Assembly (NCBI GenBank): GCA_946617435.1 | Contig: CAMOKD010000003.1 | Location: forward strand, 5,779 to 69,778 | Direction of reading: 5' to 3' | DNA length: 64,000 bases | Source of the DNA: an uncultured Clostridia bacterium | Lineage (GTDB): Bacteria; Bacillota; Clostridia; Oscillospirales; Oscillospiraceae | Notes under the pieces: generated by a model | Told to the model about the DNA's origin: nothing | Seen by the model: the letters and a program-made list of their open reading frames with translations, nothing else | Databases searched by the model: none | In this document: positions 61,821 through 64,000 of the stretch, piece by piece | Position numbering within the stretch: position 1 is the first letter of the stretch | Layout of the letters: the number at the start of each line of letters is the position of its first letter | Made by a program: the position numbers and the translations under genes

Positions 61821-62182
61821 ACCCGGCAGGCAGCACAGGCAGCTGGGGCGAGCAGCTGGCTGCCCGGTATCTGCGCCGCAGGGGCTACCGGCTGGTGGCA
61901 GCCAATTACCGCTGCCGCTTCGGGGAGATTGACCTGATTGTGAAAAACCGGACCTACATCGTCTTTGTGGAGGTCAAGCTCCGCAGGGACGATCATTTTG
62001 CCCGGGCGGCGGAGTTTGTAGACAGCCGCAAGCAGGCCCGGCTCCGGGCCACCGCCGGCCTGTGGCTGAGCCTGAACGAGACCGAGCTGCAGCCCCGGTT
62101 TGACGTGGTGGAGATCTACGCCCCCCAGGGCGCCGAGACCCGGCGCCCCCAAATCAACCATCTGGAGGACGCTTTTCAATGA
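61817..62182 (+). CDS. yraN: YraN-family (UPF0102) endonuclease-like protein
   Basis: 121 aa. [32 protein letters not shown]...VFVEVK. ATGA overlap. Confidence 0.88.
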   Translation: MNPAGSTGSWGEQLAARYLRRRGYRLVAANYRCRFGEIDLIVKNRTYIVFVEVKLRRDDHFARAAEFVDSRKQARLRATAGLWLSLNETELQPRFDVVEIYAPQGAETRRPQINHLEDAFQ

Positions 62183-63150
62183 AGACCTATCCTGTTTTTG
62201 ACCTGCACTGTGACACCGCGGTGGAGCTCTCCGCCCAAGGCAAGTCTCTGGCCCAAAACGATCTGCAGCTGGATCTGGCCCGGGGCGACCGGCTGCTGCA
62301 CCACATTCAGTACTACGCCTTCTGCTGCGTCTACGACCAGACCGGCGGGGCTCTGACCCGGCCCCAGGCAGAGGCAAAATTCGTCACTGCCCTGTCAGAC
62401 TTTCTCACCCAGCTGGAGCAGAACCATGACCGGGTGCGCCTGTGCCGCACCGCGGAGGATCTGATCCGGGTGACCAAGGCCGGCCTCCGGCCGGCGCTGC
62501 TCTCCCTGGAGGGGCCGGAGGTCATCGGCTGTGACCCGGGCCGGCTGGAGGAGCTGAAGGACCTGGGCTTTACCATGACCACCCTGACCTGGAACCACCG
62601 GAATCTGCTGGCGGGCTCCCATCTCACCGGCGAGGGCCTGACCGACCAGGGCAGGGCCTTTGTCCGCCGGGCACAGGAGCTGGGTATTGTCATCGACGTG
62701 TCCCATCTGTCTGAGCGGGCCTTCTGGGACGTGGTGGATATCACCTCGGCCCCGCTGGTGGCCTCCCACTCCAACAGCCGGGCGGTGTGCGACCACAGCC
62801 GGAATCTCACCGACGAGCAGTTCAAGGTGCTGTGCAACCTGGGCGGGCTTGTGGGGCTGAATCTCTACGTCCCCTTCCTCACCACAGCCGAGCGGGCGGA
62901 CTTCTCTGACGTCAAGCGGCACATTGACCACTTTTTGGACCTGGGCGGGGCCCACCACCTGGCCCTGGGGGGCGACCTGGACGGCTGCGACCTGCTGCCC
63001 GACGGCTTCACCGGGGTGGACAGCTACAACGACCTGGGCGCCTATCTGGCGGCGTGCGGCATGGAGGAGGAGCAGATCAACCACATCTTTAATAACAACG
63101 CGGTACACTTTGTCCTGCGCCACCTTCAGCGCAGCCGGGTGGGCGACTAG
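62179..63150 (+). CDS. membrane dipeptidase (peptidase M19 family)
   Basis: 323 aa. VFDLHCDT, IDVSHLSERAFWDV, ASHSNSRAVCDHSRNLTDEQ. Confidence 0.85.
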   Translation: MKTYPVFDLHCDTAVELSAQGKSLAQNDLQLDLARGDRLLHHIQYYAFCCVYDQTGGALTRPQAEAKFVTALSDFLTQLEQNHDRVRLCRTAEDLIRVTKAGLRPALLSLEGPEVIGCDPGRLEELKDLGFTMTTLTWNHRNLLAGSHLTGEGLTDQGRAFVRRAQELGIVIDVSHLSERAFWDVVDITSAPLVASHSNSRAVCDHSRNLTDEQFKVLCNLGGLVGLNLYVPFLTTAERADFSDVKRHIDHFLDLGGAHHLALGGDLDGCDLLPDGFTGVDSYNDLGAYLAACGMEEEQINHIFNNNAVHFVLRHLQRSRVGD

Positions 63151-63162
63151 CCGGGAGGGGAT

Positions 63163-63876
63163 ATGTCACTGTACGCCATCGGAGACCTGCACCTCTCCTT
63201 TGAGGCCAACAAGCCCATGGACGTCTTCGGCAGCCGCTGGGTGGGCTATGTGGACAAGCTCCGCCGGGGACTTTCCGTCATCGGCCCGGAGGACACCACC
63301 GTCCTGCTGGGGGATCTGAGCTGGTCCATGGACCTGGAGCGGGCCAGAGAGGACTTTGCCTTTATTGCAGCCATTCCCGGCCGGAAGATCATTCTCAAGG
63401 GCAACCACGACTACTGGTGGACCACCGCCTCCAAATTTTACAAATTCTGCGCCCAAAACGGATTTGAAGATCTGTGGGTGCTGCACAACAACTGCTACAC
63501 CTGGCAGGACCTGGCCATCTGCGGCACCCGGGGCTGGTTCTTTGAAGAGGACAAGCAGGGCACCCACGATGAAAAGGTCTTCAACCGGGAGATGATCCGG
63601 CTGGAGACCTCTCTGAAGGCCGCGGGGGACCGGGAGAAGATCTGTTTTCTCCACTACCCGCCGGTGTACCGGGGCTATGAGTGCCGGCCCATTCTGGAGC
63701 TGCTGCACCGCTACGGGGTGCGCCAGTGCTGGTACGGCCATCTCCACTCCGAGAGCCACCGCCTGGCCATCACCGGCCTGTACGAGGGCATCGACTTTCA
63801 CTTGGTGGCGGCGGACTATACGGACTTTGTCCCGGTTTTGGTCAAAAGTCCGGAAAATTCACAAAATAGGACTTGA
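63163..63876 (+). CDS. metallophosphoesterase
   Basis: 237 aa. IGDLHLS, LGDLSW, GNHDYWW, GHLH motifs. Confidence 0.85.
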   Translation: MSLYAIGDLHLSFEANKPMDVFGSRWVGYVDKLRRGLSVIGPEDTTVLLGDLSWSMDLERAREDFAFIAAIPGRKIILKGNHDYWWTTASKFYKFCAQNGFEDLWVLHNNCYTWQDLAICGTRGWFFEEDKQGTHDEKVFNREMIRLETSLKAAGDREKICFLHYPPVYRGYECRPILELLHRYGVRQCWYGHLHSESHRLAITGLYEGIDFHLVAADYTDFVPVLVKSPENSQNRT

Positions 63877-63965
63877 ATTTTGAATTTTTTCTGCTAGAAT
63901 ATAACGGATTAAGGCATCATACGGCGTTTACGCCTGCCGTGAACCATACAGGAGGATATCATACC

Positions 63966-64000
63966 ATGAATGTCAAAAGCGCAAACCGTGAAAACAACAC
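63966..64000 (+). CDS. 5' end of an unidentified gene (runs off the right edge)
   Basis: ATG 63966 (MNVKSANRENN) preceded by CAGGAGGA 8 nt upstream. Only 11 codons are visible. Confidence 0.4.
   Translation, partial: MNVKSANRENN

Overview
GC-rich chromosomal window from a low-GC-branch Gram-positive anaerobe. This is inferred to be a spore-forming Clostridia member (Oscillospiraceae/Ruminococcaceae-like) from sigG, SLH-anchored surface proteins and csaB. No phage, IS, CRISPR or rRNA was seen. About 55 protein genes and 3 tRNAs (Thr-CGT, Thr-GGT, Ser-GGA) are supported. Strong G/C bias at third codon positions creates many long spurious antisense ORFs in the track (up to 1530 aa), which I rejected.

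Gene content, left to right:
- ktrB (partial), murC, a nucleobase permease.
- A cell-envelope glycan block: O-antigen-ligase-like gene, DUF4330, and a fused GT4-CsaB pyruvyltransferase.
- mnmA, an Rrf2 regulator, BlaI-like plus DUF3842, sigG, rpsT.
- A frameshifted FliB-like gene.
- A divergent flavoenzyme / acyl-carrier locus (15.9-22.6 kb).
- rlmA, then a large nucleoside-salvage supercluster: tdk, deoD, deoB, cdd, a BMP-type ABC importer, udk and a PreA-like dehydrogenase.
- A phosphate-themed neighbourhood: PhoR/PhoP-like two-component system, Na/Pi-PhoU transporter, CBS-pyrophosphatase, and an SLH-anchored 5'-nucleotidase/PTP fusion.
- A second giant SLH protein.
- An AT-rich islet at tRNA-Ser carrying an Avd-like four-helix-bundle gene.
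- Flavoproteins, DUF2207, DUF362, a split TauE pair, lepB, ylqF, rnhB, yraN, a dipeptidase and a metallophosphoesterase.

Most interesting:
1. The PAI-like isomerase + CrtI-like oxidoreductase + FNR/2Fe-2S reductase operon, divergent from an acyl-AMP ligase + ACP + thioesterase operon. This is a candidate undescribed fatty-acid biohydrogenation-type pathway.
2. An array of eight 8-bp GTGAAATC/GATTTCAC units interleaved with mini-hairpins next to tRNA-Ser.
3. A 169-bp long inverted repeat.
4. A DnaA-box cluster in a 586-bp gene-free gap.
5. The GT4-CsaB fusion, linked in function to two SLH proteins.

All homology statements come from motif recognition by eye, not from searches.
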